64,000 nt of DNA from Camelus ferus. Its lineage: Eukaryota. A model generated the notes under the pieces. The model was not told the origin of the DNA. It did not search any database and saw only the letters and a list, made by a program, of their open reading frames with translations. The stretch covers positions 24,120,001 through 24,184,000 of the forward strand of contig NC_045697.1 of the NCBI RefSeq assembly GCF_009834535.1. The letters are read 5' to 3'. The translations under genes and the position numbers were made by a program. Positions 51,400 to 64,000 of this stretch are shown piece after piece. Positions within the stretch are counted from its first letter, which is position 1. The number at the start of each line of letters is the position of its first letter.

Positions 51400-54120
51400 A
51401 TACTAATATTAACACAAACTTTAATAAAAGCTGCCATTTACTAAGTGTTGGCAATATATGGAAACTCACAGAACATTTGCCTACTGACAGGGCTGGGAGA
51501 ACAAAAATTGAAGTACTAAGCCAGTTATGGAGAAAAGTCCCGGTAACAACTTAAATTTTAAATCGGTCCCAGGAGGCTTAGATCCTGGGAATAAGGGAGA
51601 ACTGGAAACAGATCAGTCCTCACAGGGACTAACCCTCCAATTCCAATTACTTAATTCTTTATTTGATTAAAATGATTATTGCCCTTAGGCAAGCAGTCTG
51701 GCAAAAGTAAATTTAATTAAACTTCTAAAGATGATAACATCATAGAAAACCTCAAATTATCTCCACAATTTTACATTTTCAATGACAGTCACCCAGCAGA
51801 AAAACTAACCAGGTGTTAATGTGAGACAAAATCACGTGACCACAAATAAAGAAAAACCATGGATAACAGAATGGGTCCCAAAGGGATCCCAATAATGGCA
51901 ATGAGTCATGAACTGTAAATCAACTAGGCTAGGGACTTAAATATTAAGAGGCAAGAATTAAAACTTTGATGGAGAACTAAAGTCAGTAAAAAGAAAAAAA
52001 AAGCAAATGGAAATTCTGTGGTACAAAGTAATATATAAAAACTTGAAATAAGAGCTCAAAGAATGGTACAACTGCTAATGACACACAGTTGAGAGAATTA
52101 GTGAATTGGTCTGTAGGTCAGAAGAAAATACTCAAATTGAATAATGGAGAAAATACTGAAATAGTGTAATATACAGTAAAGAAGTTCTCATACTTAAGAG
52201 GAAAATAAGTACGACCCTCAAAGCTATTTATTGAATATTTTACTGAACTTTACAGGTAATGAAATAAGACCAAAAAAATGAGAATTGAGGAAGAAGTCAT
52301 AAAACTGTCATTTTCACAAATTGCATAAGAATGTTTGTAGAAAATAAAAAAGAATCTGTAAGTAAGGTATTAGAATTAATACATATATTATAGAAGATAT
52401 TGAATACAAGACCAATTAAATAAAGCAATAAATTAAAATGGAACTTAGAGTAGCTACCTTCACAATGTCATAAAAACATGAAATATTTAGGCATAAATTT
52501 AACTATAATTATATAAAGCATTTACATAGAAAAATTTTAAACAGTATTGAGATAATTGGTTAAAAACAAATAATTGGAAAAATCTAAGTTGTAGATTGGA
52601 TGACTTTTTTTTTAGCATAAGTTTTCACAAACTGATCTGTGGATTCAATGCAATCCTTGTAAAATTTCCAGCAGTTTTAAAATAGAACTCAATATTGATT
52701 CAAATTTTTTCTAAAAATACAAAGTATAATTGTGCCAGGATAAAATGAAAGAATAAAGTATGAAGAATTAATCTGCTAGATCACAAGTCTTCATAAGTAT
52801 ACACCTTAAAGCAGATTTCCCAACCATGTCATGGGTGACATTTTGGGTAGAATGATTTGTTTTGGCAGTCTGTCTTGTGTCTAGAGAATGTCTTTTCACA
52901 TCCTTATCTTCTATCCACTGTACACCAGTAATAACTACCATCTCTGGTTATCATACACATAAATGTTACCAGACATTGCAAATGTCCCCGGGCAGGGGAA
53001 CAAGAGTCACCCTTGGTTAAGAACCACTACCCTAAAAACCACATGTGTTTATGCAACAAAAGCCATTCACAAGAATGTTGACAATATTCTTGTTTATAGT
53101 CAATGTTTATATTAGCCAAAAATATAAATAATCCAAAAATCCATAAACATTGGAAGAGTTAAAAATTTAAGTATAACTGGACTCCATAAAATCCTGATAC
53201 TGAGCTAATTACAATTATACGTAAATGTAAAAATATATCACACAAACATAATATTTAGCAAAAGTAACCAGATAAAAAGAATACCTGCTCTATGATTTAT
53301 ATAAATTTCAAACACAGGCAAAGCTAGTTTATAGTCTTAGAAGTCAGTGTAGTGGTTATCTCTGTAGAAGAAGGAAGGAAGGTTAGAGATTACAAAAAGG
53401 CATTCTTGTGTTCAGGAGCTGCTGTATTTTTTAATATCTTGATTTGTATTGTATTAATACATCAAACTTCATAATTATTATGTGAAGTCTTCTGTATGTA
53501 TATGAATTTGATACAACTTTAAACATTTCCAAACCTATCAAAAATGAGAAAATAAAAGAAAAAGCATGGAATAGGTGGGACAAATAGAAAATTCAAAGAA
53601 AAATTATAGATAGATATAAACATAACTATAGCAGTACTTGCATTAAATGTACCTGAACTAAAGTCATCAGCTAAAACCAAGTTTGTTATGCTTAAGTAGG
53701 AAAACATGTGGTTTATGCAACTGACACATCTAAAATAGCTAAGAAAAAATATATATGTTAAAGTGAAAAAACAAAAAATAAGTCAAAAGTATTAGAAGAA
53801 CCTAGAGCAGATTAGGTCTTAAGACAGCATTATTAGAGTGATACATACTACAAAATTATAACATTCAGTTTATGAGAAAAATATAAACATTCTAATAAAT
53901 TTGGATTACATAAGGCAAAGCTTGAGAAATCTACCAGGAGAAATAGATGAATCTACAACAATTCTGAGTAGTTGAATGATAAAGATCAGTAAAAACAGAA
54001 TATAAACAACACAAGTGATGACTATCAAGAACTAGGTATGTAGAGAGAAAACAGCCTCCATAACCTGCACGGTATATATTCATTTCAAGCATACCTGGTA
54101 CCTTTACAGAAATAACCCTC
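51400..54120 (+). mobile_element. Mosaic of old L1 (L1ME-like): 5'/ORF1, RT region, 3'UTR, then EN region
   Basis: 52215-52345 resembles LFNI..EV..LSLF..D RT text; 53030-53530 is 3'UTR-like; about 53620-53680 reads ITIAVLALNVPELKSSAK, like the ORF2 N-terminus. Confidence 0.7.
52812..53029 (-). mobile_element. MER20 nested in L1
   Basis: CAGATTTCCCAAC...CCAGACATTGCAAATGTCCCC...GGTTAAGAACCACTA; 8-bp TSD CCTTAAAG/CCCTAAAA. Confidence 0.8.
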
Positions 54121-56354
54121 ATGGTCTGATTTAGTGAAGAACTGGGAGCTGTGACGGATGACCACATAGGGTAAATTTTTTAAAAATCCTTTTTAGAAGT
54201 TGTTGTATAGATGTAATCTATATTTGTATGTAAAATTTCTAGTTTGTAGGACATAATAGGTAGTCAAAGATTGTTGCTTTTTTTTAATACTGCATTTGTA
54301 TTTGCCTATATTTGTGTATCTCACTGTGTTAGCAATGAAGTCATGAATCTTGATGTGGAATCAGCAAAATGTTTAAACTATTCAACTTGAACTTCTAATG
54401 ATTATATTATGATTTTTATAGTTGAAGTAAGTTTTTCTCTTTTGGCCCTCAAAAGTAGATTTTGTATGTCTTATCTCATAATTACCATGTCCTTTTTGTT
54501 CTATGGTCATGATCTTTTCATGATGAAAATTATGTTTGTCAAATCTATACCTTTTTTCTGTTATCACAACTTATTTCTATTTCCTTCATCATAATCAAAA
54601 TAATACAGGTCACAGATTCAGAATGCACAGGTTAGCATCCTGGTTCTACCAATAGCTGACTCTGTTCTCTCATCATGAAAATACTCTACTGCTACAAGGA
54701 TTAGAAGAGATCACATCTATTAAACTGTGTCTTGTTCATTGTAAAGACATGCAAAAGTAAGCTTACTAACTTTCCATATCAGGGTCTGTATCTTCCTGTA
54801 GGAGTATGCCTGCCAAAAGCACACTCCACTTCCTGTTACTCTGACTGGATTTGTTTGTGGGGAATAAAGGAATTGCATGGTGTCGAATTACTCAAAATAT
54901 CAGCCCTCTTGAGTTTGTATCATTATTACTATTTTTTGTATCCTTATTATTCTTTTCAGTTATTGAAATTAAAATTATGAGGGGTTTAATGGGTTGCCAA
55001 ATGTCTGAAGATACCATTTTTTTCCATATAGTTATATTTATAACATAAATGTAAGAATTAAATGTCTTAGGACAAATACCAGAATGGTAACTAGAATGAG
55101 AATCACATCTTTGAATTTAAATTATTTGATGTCTATTCACAAATAATGTAGATATAGATATTTATCATAGATTAAGATAAAAAAGCAACTAAAATGTATA
55201 GTTGCATCACTGAATACTCTGTCTGTTTTCAGTCATGGCTATATTCTTGCAGTGCTTTCTTCTTGGTCAGAAAGATAAATTATGAAGACTCTCCTTGTAT
55301 GTAAAACTTATCTGTAGTTTGTAAGAATACTGGCCAATAGGATGAAATACAGTTCTGAGTTATGAAATTTCACAATGAATTTCTCCAATGAAAACTACCC
55401 AGTTCTTTTTAATATTAAATAAAACCTTAAATATTTTATATAACCCATTCTTTCAAAAATGTATGCTCAAATCTTAAAGAACATTAAGGAAATTAGCTAA
55501 AAGTCCTTTTCCTTGAAATAAAATAAACTGTATTTTAAATAAATGACTCACTGACTAGTTTACCAGTTTGTTTCTAAAGCTCACAAGGCTCACTTTGACC
55601 AGTGTTGGAGTACATGGCTAACAACTAGCAAAATTTATTATTTTATGTTAATATGCCTATGCCAGCTCTGTTCCTCTCTTTTTTCCTATCAGTTTGTAGA
55701 GCGAGAAAGAGAAAAATGACTCAAAAAATTTTCACCCAGTGTTTTATATTTTCTGGGAACTAGATAGGGAGCCTCTGTGGCCTCAGGGATAGCTTAAATA
55801 AGGCAACAACCACTGAAGGCAGAAGCTTGGGAATTTTTATGGCTACGTAACCTTCCCCATGTGGTATGAATCAGACAAAAACCCAGGTAAAAGTAGAAAC
55901 TTTTACAAAGATTTTACTAGCCAAATTTCACTGAGCTCACTGAAGGTGAAGAGACCAGAATGTGGAAGAACATGAAAAATCACCTCTTCATCATTTCTTT
56001 GGTCTTTGATCCTGGTGCCTCGCCCTCCTTTTTTACATTGGAATTTTATATTCTTTATCATCTGGATTTACAGAAATCAGGACACTTGGATCCCTTCCTT
56101 GTATCCAGCCTCCAGCAGAAATATTGAGGATCAACTACAAGTGACAAGTCCAACAAGAAAATGTGAAAAGTTAGATTGGGTCACTAGGAAAGACAGTGCT
56201 GAAGGCAGCACTCACCTTGTACATTACAGAATGAGAGGGAGCTGAGCTATTGTTTAATTTTGGAATATCTATAGTTGGAGTCTAGATGTGTATCTGATGA
56301 ACCAAAAATACTCTCTATTACACAAAGGCCATAAAATTACAATAAAAATAACTT

Positions 56355-56930
56355 GTGAGCATGGTATAATAGAAAAAACACTGAGATTAAATGGGAGACA
56401 GGAGCTCTGCTATCAACCTAACCTTAAACAGGTTGTATGACCTGGGAAAGTCACTTAATCTTTATGAACTGTAACTATCCCATAAAATGAAGTCAGGGTA
56501 AGGATTAGGCAAATTCCTGGGATCTAAAGGTCAAAACACTTACCACCTTCTACTTCTCTTCACAAGTTGGCACTCCACGTCACACTGTCTCTTTTCCATC
56601 ACTTCATTGGAGAATTCTCTGAGTTTTATCACTTTATTCATTTCTTCCTCATCCCTTACAATGTGAATGATTACACTCCACTGAAACTGCATTCTTGATA
56701 GTGTTCCCTGAAACCTTCCCCAGGATCCTCAGATTAATTTGAGCTTCAGAGGCATTTTTTAAATTCAATGATTACTTTTGTTACATCCTATCCTTCATTT
56801 TACACATGTTCACTATTATATTGTAGGCAGCTTTGACCACAGCTTTGATTACTTGCCTTTTTCACTCCCACATCTCCTAGAAATGTGGCTGGCATGGAGA
56901 AGTGGATTAATAATAATTTGTTGAATTGTT
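56355..56930 (+). mobile_element. MIR followed by an L2 fragment
   Basis: GAGCATGGTATAATAGAAAAAACACTG...TGTATGACCTGGGAAAGTCACTTAATCT; later GGCTGGCATGGAGAAGTGGATTAATAATAATTTGTTGAAT. Confidence 0.6.
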
Positions 56931-57604
56931 ACTGTTGGATTCTATGCGTCTTACTCTTTGAATAATTCAGCTTGAGTGGTCCATGCAGAGCCCTAATAAT
57001 AATAAAAACATTCTTTTGTTTATATACTAAACATGTTCTTTACATAATATGTTCTATGGCTTATTCAAATTTCCTAGCATTCTGTTTACTTGGAAGAAAT
57101 GTAAAGGGGTCATTATATCAGAGATCACAAACTCTATGGTATTATGGAACTCTATAATGTAGCTTTTAGTAAAGATTCAACTATTCTATTTAATATATAA
57201 AAAAAGAAGTATCAATATTAGCATATTAAAAAATCACCAAAATAGAAAAAGATAGCGTAGATTTTTAAAGCACTTGCGTGGTCAGAAAGGTATGTCAGTT
57301 AACTACCAGAAATGAATAGAAGTTTCTAATTATAAAAGTGATGGCTGTTTGGCTAATGTAGTCTCTCCCAAGTTTCACTCAAAACACCCATATATACCTT
57401 TAAGAAGACAAAAGGATGAGAGTTAGGACATGTACATTGTATTTACATCAAGCAAAAGAGTGATGGGATGAAATTTGAAAATATATTATGTTGTGTGCAC
57501 ATGCTGACCCCTGAGGTAACACGGACAGCCACGACCGAATGAAAAGGGCTTTTGACTCCTGGTTTTCTCATTTGGCTATGTATTCATTGTCAACACAAAG
57601 GAGT

Positions 57605-58010
57605 TAGCCAGATTTGACTGGTTGGCCCCCCTGAGAAGCAGATGCCAAGAAGAAAGTACTTTTCCAAATTATTTCTTAGGGAAAAACGCCGATGAAAGCG
57701 AAGGGGGCAGAGAGCAGGTGTAGACAGGCAGAGCCTTCCAGATCAGGTCTGACACCGGTGAAAGGAAAACGGGAAGCAAGAGGAGTCGTGTGGGGAACAG
57801 CCTCAGACTGCAGTGCAGCTCTGAGAGAACCTCACCCAGGCTGATGGAAGCGCGGAGCCCAGATTGCTCATTAGAGGAACCCCATATTTGGCAGGAGTGT
57901 TCCCACGCTAGTGCCCCATGGTGCTCAGTCATCGGCTGGAAGCTGCCTGGGTGTGGCCTGGGCATGAACGCTCCGGCAGATCTAAAGGTACAGAATCTGG
58001 AGACTTTTTG
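57605..58010 (-). mobile_element. ERVL LTR, LTR16A-like
   Basis: CAGGTCTGACACCGGTGAAAGG, AGCCTCAGACTGCAGTGCAGCTCTGAGA, GTGCTCAGTCATCGGCTGG. Confidence 0.75.
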
Positions 58011-59237
58011 AAGGGAGCAGCAGTTTCTCTCTAAGGCCTTCTGAATGCTGCACGTCCATGACCGCCACAGCAGAAAATCACAAATCTAATATGTGACAAA
58101 CAGGTTCTGATCTGCTCAGAATTATGCCATCTCTGTACACATCAGTTTTTCTTTCTACGTGAATTCATAAAAGAAAATAACTCTCGGGATGTGATGCAAA
58201 TGGATCGTAGATGGAAATGGCTATTGGTGCATTGCAGTCTGGCTGTGTGATCAACAGAGAAATTGCAGTATAGGCAGGAATTATGCAGAAAATTCCTGCA
58301 CGATCTTCTTGTCATGTGATTGAATCCAGAAAGCACTGTATCTGCCAGAGAATAACTAAACAGCTTATGAATCCTTAGCAAAGCCATGGAGTATTTTCAC
58401 TTCTAGAGGGAGACAATCATAACTCAGAGTCAAGAAGAGCCCAAGTAGAAGAAAGACTTCAGCTTACACAGAGCACTTAGAATAAAACGCAAGCTCTTTA
58501 CCTTGGTTTCACTTTTGCCTGAACTTCTTAGGTCATTACATTTCATTTTCTCTCTCACAGCAAACAGTTTAAAACCACTCTGTTTTGGTTTTGCTTTTAG
58601 CTTCTCAAAAAATGGAAGCTTTTTTCTACACGAGAGACTTTGCACAAGTGTCTCCTGTCTAGAATATCCTACCAAGGCTAGAAATTTCTCTATGGCTGGC
58701 TCCTTCTGGTCAGGTGGATCTGAGGCCTACCTTTAAACACCTTCTGTAAGGAGATCCCCCACCTTCCTTGTCTTCATCACAGTAACACGTGACATCCTGA
58801 TGATTTGTATTATATAGTTACGCATGTACATATTCTTTTTATACAGGACTTTAAAATCCATTAAGGCAGTAACAATATGGTTTTGTACACCTATTATGCC
58901 AAGTCATAGCAGAGCAATACATATTTGTTGAGGAATTATTTAATGGACTAACAAATGGCTGTGTATATCAACGTCTTTGATATGCATCACAAAATTCACA
59001 GCACTACCCTCCAGAAAGGTCATAAAATTTTATATTCCTAGCATCAGTTTATGAGAGCACATGTTTTCCTTTTCTTCCTTGACAAAGGATTTTATGACTT
59101 AAAAAAAGAGCTGTTCAAATAAATAAGAACAGCATTCACATTTTTTTAATTTATGTTTTCTTAAATTCATCTCATGTGGTAAAATTTGTATTTCTTCTAT
59201 TGAAAACTATCTTTTCCTTTTTTCCTGATTTTTTAAA

Positions 59238-59293
59238 ATATATATATATATATATATACACACACATTATATATATATATATATATATATATA
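59238..59293. repeat. (TA)n(CA)n(TA)n microsatellite
   Basis: Directly visible. Confidence 0.9.
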
Positions 59294-61059
59294 TCTCCAT
59301 ACTAGATAATTTAAATAAAATGTATATTATGTCTATAAAATTTATACAAAGCCATAAGAAAGAAAGAATTGACCATTCTGACATGGAAAACTATCCATGA
59401 CATATTGAAATAGGACTAGGTTATTATTCAGAAAAAAAGAAATATATTCATCAACCCACCCCTCCCATTAAAAACATGCTCTTCTGAAAACCTTAAAGTA
59501 TCTGAGTGCATGTGATACATGCTTAAATTCTAGTAGTATCTAGTGGACATACTAGATACTAAAGTCTTACTTAAGTCATTGAACTGAAATGATTTTCTAT
59601 ATTTGTTGTGGAATGCAAAATGAAACAAAGCAAAATAATTCTATATAAAACAATGATACATGTGAATAATAAGCAGGTATCTTAAAGCGATAATGTGAAA
59701 ACTACTTCGATTTTACTGGGCTTTGGTTTCTTTTTTGTGAACTTTAAAATTCAGCTGGTTTCTTTTTCAGACTTCCTGCTCCAAATACCAGCCAAAATTA
59801 GCCTGAAATTTCATTCACTCACCTTCTCAAGATAGGTGAACTCATTCTCATTCTTAGTCCACCAATTTTTTGAATCCTTGATAAATTGAGATTAAGAACA
59901 CAGTCATTTATACCTTGTGTTGTTAAAGTTTTATTTTACTTTGAGGCCGACTGTCCTCTTTGCAAAGCCATCTTTCCATTCTTCCAGCATTGCCTAGCAC
60001 AGCCTGACAGGATAAGTAAATCAGTCTGTTTCCTGGAGAAAAAATATTAGGAATCAAACGTCTGTAGATAAACAAAGGTGATTATTTGGAGCTTTGTCAA
60101 CAGGGATTTTCTTAATCTTCAAGTGTAAGAACTTAGGTGAGAAAAGGTCATGCTGGTGATTGAGCCAAGTTGTGCCCCAATATCTGTCACATTAGCTGGG
60201 AATCTTGATAAGTAACTGAGGGGACTGAAACATAGATGGAAGGATTGAGGCTTCCTTCTGGTGTAGCCAAGATACATGTTTTAGGTATTAGTGGTCCCAC
60301 TGTGAGTTTAGTTCTTAAGGGTCTCTAAACAAGTGCATGGACCTCAAAAAATTCATGGGTTTCAGTAAAGTACAAAGTACAAAGTAAAGCAAAAGTGAGC
60401 CTCAGGATGCTGGTTGTTGCAACTTGGCATCAGCAAGAAAGATCCTGGCCTTACTAGCCAAGCTCACCTTATAGAGAGACACAGATTTCTGGAGGGACCT
60501 CAGGGTCCAGACTGCTGCAGCTTGACTTTGAACTTCACAGGTTCAGCTTTTCCAGTTGTAGCAATGATTCTATTACATAAAAAATATGTCTCTTCATATA
60601 CAGCCTTTTAGACACAAGAAAAGCAATACAAATAGGTACTCCTTTTCCTCTATTCTTTAGCTACATTCCAGCCTGGACTTTAAACTATACCAATTTCTGT
60701 GCACACTTACAAAGCTTCTAGCTTCAAATTGTCTGTGCGAAGTGTATAGGTAGGCAGTGCTACATCAGCTACCCCAGTTTTGTAGCTTTTCTTAAATGTC
60801 ATTTTGAAATGCCGTGAGGTCAAGAGAAAAAATTCTAGGGATATTAATGTGTCTTATCCTCCAGCTCAAGAAGCATCATCTTACTATACGATCTCAAGTT
60901 GACTGTGAAATTTAATTGCTTTTGGCTTCACTGTGACTTGGTATTTTTGCGATACACATCAGCCCCATGGATGCAAGAGCAGTATATTTAATGAATCAAC
61001 ACATTTTAAAGAATATAGTTCTTATTATAAAGGTTGTATGCCCTTTCCTGGGTAATATG

Positions 61060-62080
61060 CAGAAACAACACAATAAATTTTATTTAAAATTCAGAGACTA
61101 AAAAGACAATTTTGAAGGCCCCTAACAACTTGAGGTTCTCTGTATCTAGGAAGCTGATTTAAGGGAGGTATCAATGCCCATGATTGGGGAAAAAAAGTGG
61201 AGTAGTATCAAACTGAGGGATGTCAGTCTCAAAATAACAGAAGATAATGAAGAGACGTGAACAGTAGCATGAAAAGTCTGGAACGACATTCCTGACTGGG
61301 ATGACCAAGTTTGAATTTGTGAAATAAGTTATTGTTTTCTTGGGACTATTAGAAATATCCTAATGGGAAAACCTAGTAGAAGATGAAATACCCTGCAATA
61401 ATTATTCATTGAGTGTTTTACATCACCACATGTCCCCTAGCTCTTAGTTATACAGCAACGGAGTGGACAGAGAAAGGTCCTATCCTTAAAGATTTTGTAT
61501 TCTCATGTATAAATCCCATAGTTAAATAGGATGGGGTATTGAAAGTTATAAATGGAATGCTTATTGGAAATATAACTGATCAAAGGCTGGTGACCAAAGG
61601 AAAATGGAAATAAATGATAAAAGAGTGATTGGAATACGAGGTCAAAGTTAGTCTCCAAGGAACCACCTACTAGAGCATATTAAGGGCCTGTCACTGTGGG
61701 AATGTCATCATCAGGTGGCTACTTCCCTAGGGGCACCTCCCCTTAAGCTCATAATATTCTTAAGTCATATTCACAAAAGAAAATAGTAGCAGACTACCGT
61801 TCTGGCATTCAAAAAAATATAGAAATGGGGTCACCATTATCCCTATAGACTAGGTTATGACAGGCTTAAATTTTGGGTAGTTTAATTTCCAATCAAATGA
61901 CTACCCATGGAGCATGTACTCTATAAAAAGCACTGCATACATCTCTAAGACCACAACATCGGTAAGGCACTTTATCCTCAAAGATGTATAATGAGAAGGG
62001 AAAAAGTAGACACATAATGTCTAACAATATGTTAAATATTATGATAGAAGTCTAGAGAGGATGCTATCATGTAGAGTCTT
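61060..62080 (-). mobile_element. Scattered decayed L2 fragments
   Basis: TAATTATTCATTGAGTGTTTTACATC...GACAGAGAAAGGTCCTATCCTTAAAGA; GAGCATGTACTCTATAAAAAGCACTGC. Confidence 0.45.
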
Positions 62081-62319
62081 AATTGTATGCATAGGATTTT
62101 CCAAATTATTGTAATAAAGGCAGAGGTAATAGTATGAATATTTCACATCAGGTAAGGTATGAGTATTGACCAAGCAGAATGGGCTTGTAGACAACCACTA
62201 AAGACACCCTGGGGCAAACCTTATGCATGTCAACCCTGATTTAGAGTCGTGAGCTACTCACAGACGATCACTATTTGCCATAAATAATAAGGTCGTGATC
62301 CCAATACTGGTGAGCTATA

Positions 62320-62346
62320 TATTCTATTCTATTCTATTCTATTCTA
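62320..62346. repeat. (ATTCT)5 microsatellite
   Basis: Directly visible. Confidence 0.9.
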
Positions 62347-62879
62347 TATACTGTAACTAACAGAAGTGCTAAGCACAAAGGTGATAGGCGACTATCCACC
62401 TACTGTGAACGATGAATATAAATTGGTGATGCTGACCCTCCCTACCAAACAGAATTGTCTTCAATGTTGTATGAGGCTGAAGATGCCATTAAACTCCTGC
62501 AACTCATTATTCAAGTGAAAAAGCATAACTCATTGCCAAAACACACTGCCTCACCATTTTTGCCTCTTGAGTTAATAGCTGTCCAGTGATAATGTTATTA
62601 ATCATAGTAATTATCAAATTTGAATTCTACTTTTTTCAGTGTATGAAATTTTCAATCATTTTCCATGATTTTGTTGTGTTTACCATCTAATTTCAACATC
62701 ACTGAAGGATTTCCAAGAGAAGAAAATATGAAACAATTCCAGTTACAAGCAAATCATCTGAAATACAAGCACTTTAAGTACTGAATCACTAAGACTTTGT
62801 CAAGTTTCCCTGCATCTTTTCTCTCCTGGAAACTTTGCTGGTTTGTTTGCTTATTGGGTTTGTTTGGTTATATTTAACT

Positions 62880-63075
62880 CATTGAGCTTAGATTCCTAAC
62901 CTGACTCCACCATTATCAGCTGAGTACCTTTTTTTGTTGCTTGACCAGTGTGCTTCAGTTTCTGCATCTACAAAATAGGGATAGAGGCATCAAAAATTGA
63001 AAAGATTTTGTGGTTAAAAAAGATAAGGCTCTCAGTTTGTGCATGGTTCATAGTAAGTGTCAAATGATTAGTAAC
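62880..63075 (+). mobile_element. MIR SINE
   Basis: TGTGCTTCAGTTTCTGCATCTACAAAATAGGGATA...CATAGTAAGTGTCAAATG. Confidence 0.75.
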
Positions 63076-64000
63076 TGAAAATTGTAACTGAGGCTTTTTT
63101 GAAAGATCTTTCTGCAGACATTTAAAGAATGGGGCTTACAAAAATTTTTTGCATTTGTTAACATTTAGTATTTTTAGATTTAATTTACTTCTGCAACATA
63201 AACAATTGTTATAACGAGGAAAAATCACTCAATGCTTAGCTCTTGAAGGCTTGTTGTGAACACACACACAAAAATATTTTTTTTACTTTAGGGGAGCTTG
63301 TGAAGATTAATGAGTTGTTTCTTTGGGTTCAAGTTTTCCACATGCATGGAGTCCACTCTGGAGATGTAATTAATTTCACAACACCAGGGTTTTGTCATCC
63401 AACATTCCCGTGCCATGCAGCTATGATAAGTATTCTTTAATTAAACCTCAAAATTTGCCACTGTTGTTACATAGTGCAGCTCGAGCACAGATAGACCTCT
63501 GTGGACCACAAAGGTTTTAATATGCAGCTGGGGAAGCTTAGTAATAGAATGCTTACATGAAAGCCTTCTGAGTTGGTGTCCAAAGTTCTTAAAACTTTTA
63601 ATACATACTTATATCTAAAGAAACAAAAATAACATGGGCGTGCTTAATGAGCTTGCGTTTGTGGTTACAACTTACAGAGGGCAGCAGGGTATGCTTCTGG
63701 GCTAAGAAGGGGCAAAGAACCTTCTTTTGTGATTTTCCTTGGCTCCCATCTTTAGAACTGGGATTCTTCTAGGCTTCTAGAAAATGACTTTCCTGTGAAT
63801 ACTGCTGAGAATACTCTTTCCCTTAGGATTTGAGTACAAAAAAAAACCAGACCAAATCGGGTTGGTTTAATTTGATGTTCGTTACTCCAGCTCTATAAAC
63901 TTAGGAAGCATTTAGTCTGTGTCAGCTTGAACTGTTTCAGTGGGTGTTTCAATCATGGTTCAGTAACAAAATGAATATGTATATTCACTTAAAGTTTCAA

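Noticed and set aside
57669..58011. GC-richer ORFs on both strands (98 and 73 aa)
   Set aside because: They lie within the LTR16-like element; openness reflects GC content
62380..62400. GGTGATAG-GCGA-CTATCCACC hairpin with a GNRA tetraloop
   Set aside because: Only 8 bp with a bulge and no wider ncRNA structure; expected by chance
1..64000. CRISPR arrays, operons, defence systems, tRNA/rRNA/snRNA genes
   Set aside because: The sequence is mammalian non-coding DNA; no regularly spaced repeats, long ORFs or known RNA gene signatures were seen

Overview
AT-rich, CpG-poor placental-mammal DNA, either intergenic or deep intronic. I found no supportable protein-coding exon, RNA gene or CRISPR array. 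The ORF track is explained by chance ORFs, microsatellites and decayed LINE-1 sequence. The window holds old eutherian repeats (MIR, L2, L1M, MLT1 and ERVL LTRs, MER20, MER5A), a Tigger2-type MITE, and younger L1 3' ends resembling cetartiodactyl L1. I saw no Alu, B1/B2, Bov-tA, PRE1, CHR2 or Can-SINE, which suggests a camelid-like genome (inference). Family names and consensus comparisons are from memory, not a RepeatMasker run, and boundaries of old repeats are approximate. The most notable items are: (1) a TSD-flanked, 5'-inverted L1 that joins the ORF1 end to the ORF2 C-terminus through a 7-nt microhomology and skips almost all of ORF2; (2) an apparent orphan mRNA 3'UTR retrocopy inserted in an old L1; (3) two head-to-head LTR40-like solo LTRs, each apparently inside a MIR; (4) several motif- or CpG-rich unique blocks that may be enhancers. 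I do not see evidence of a novel biological system.
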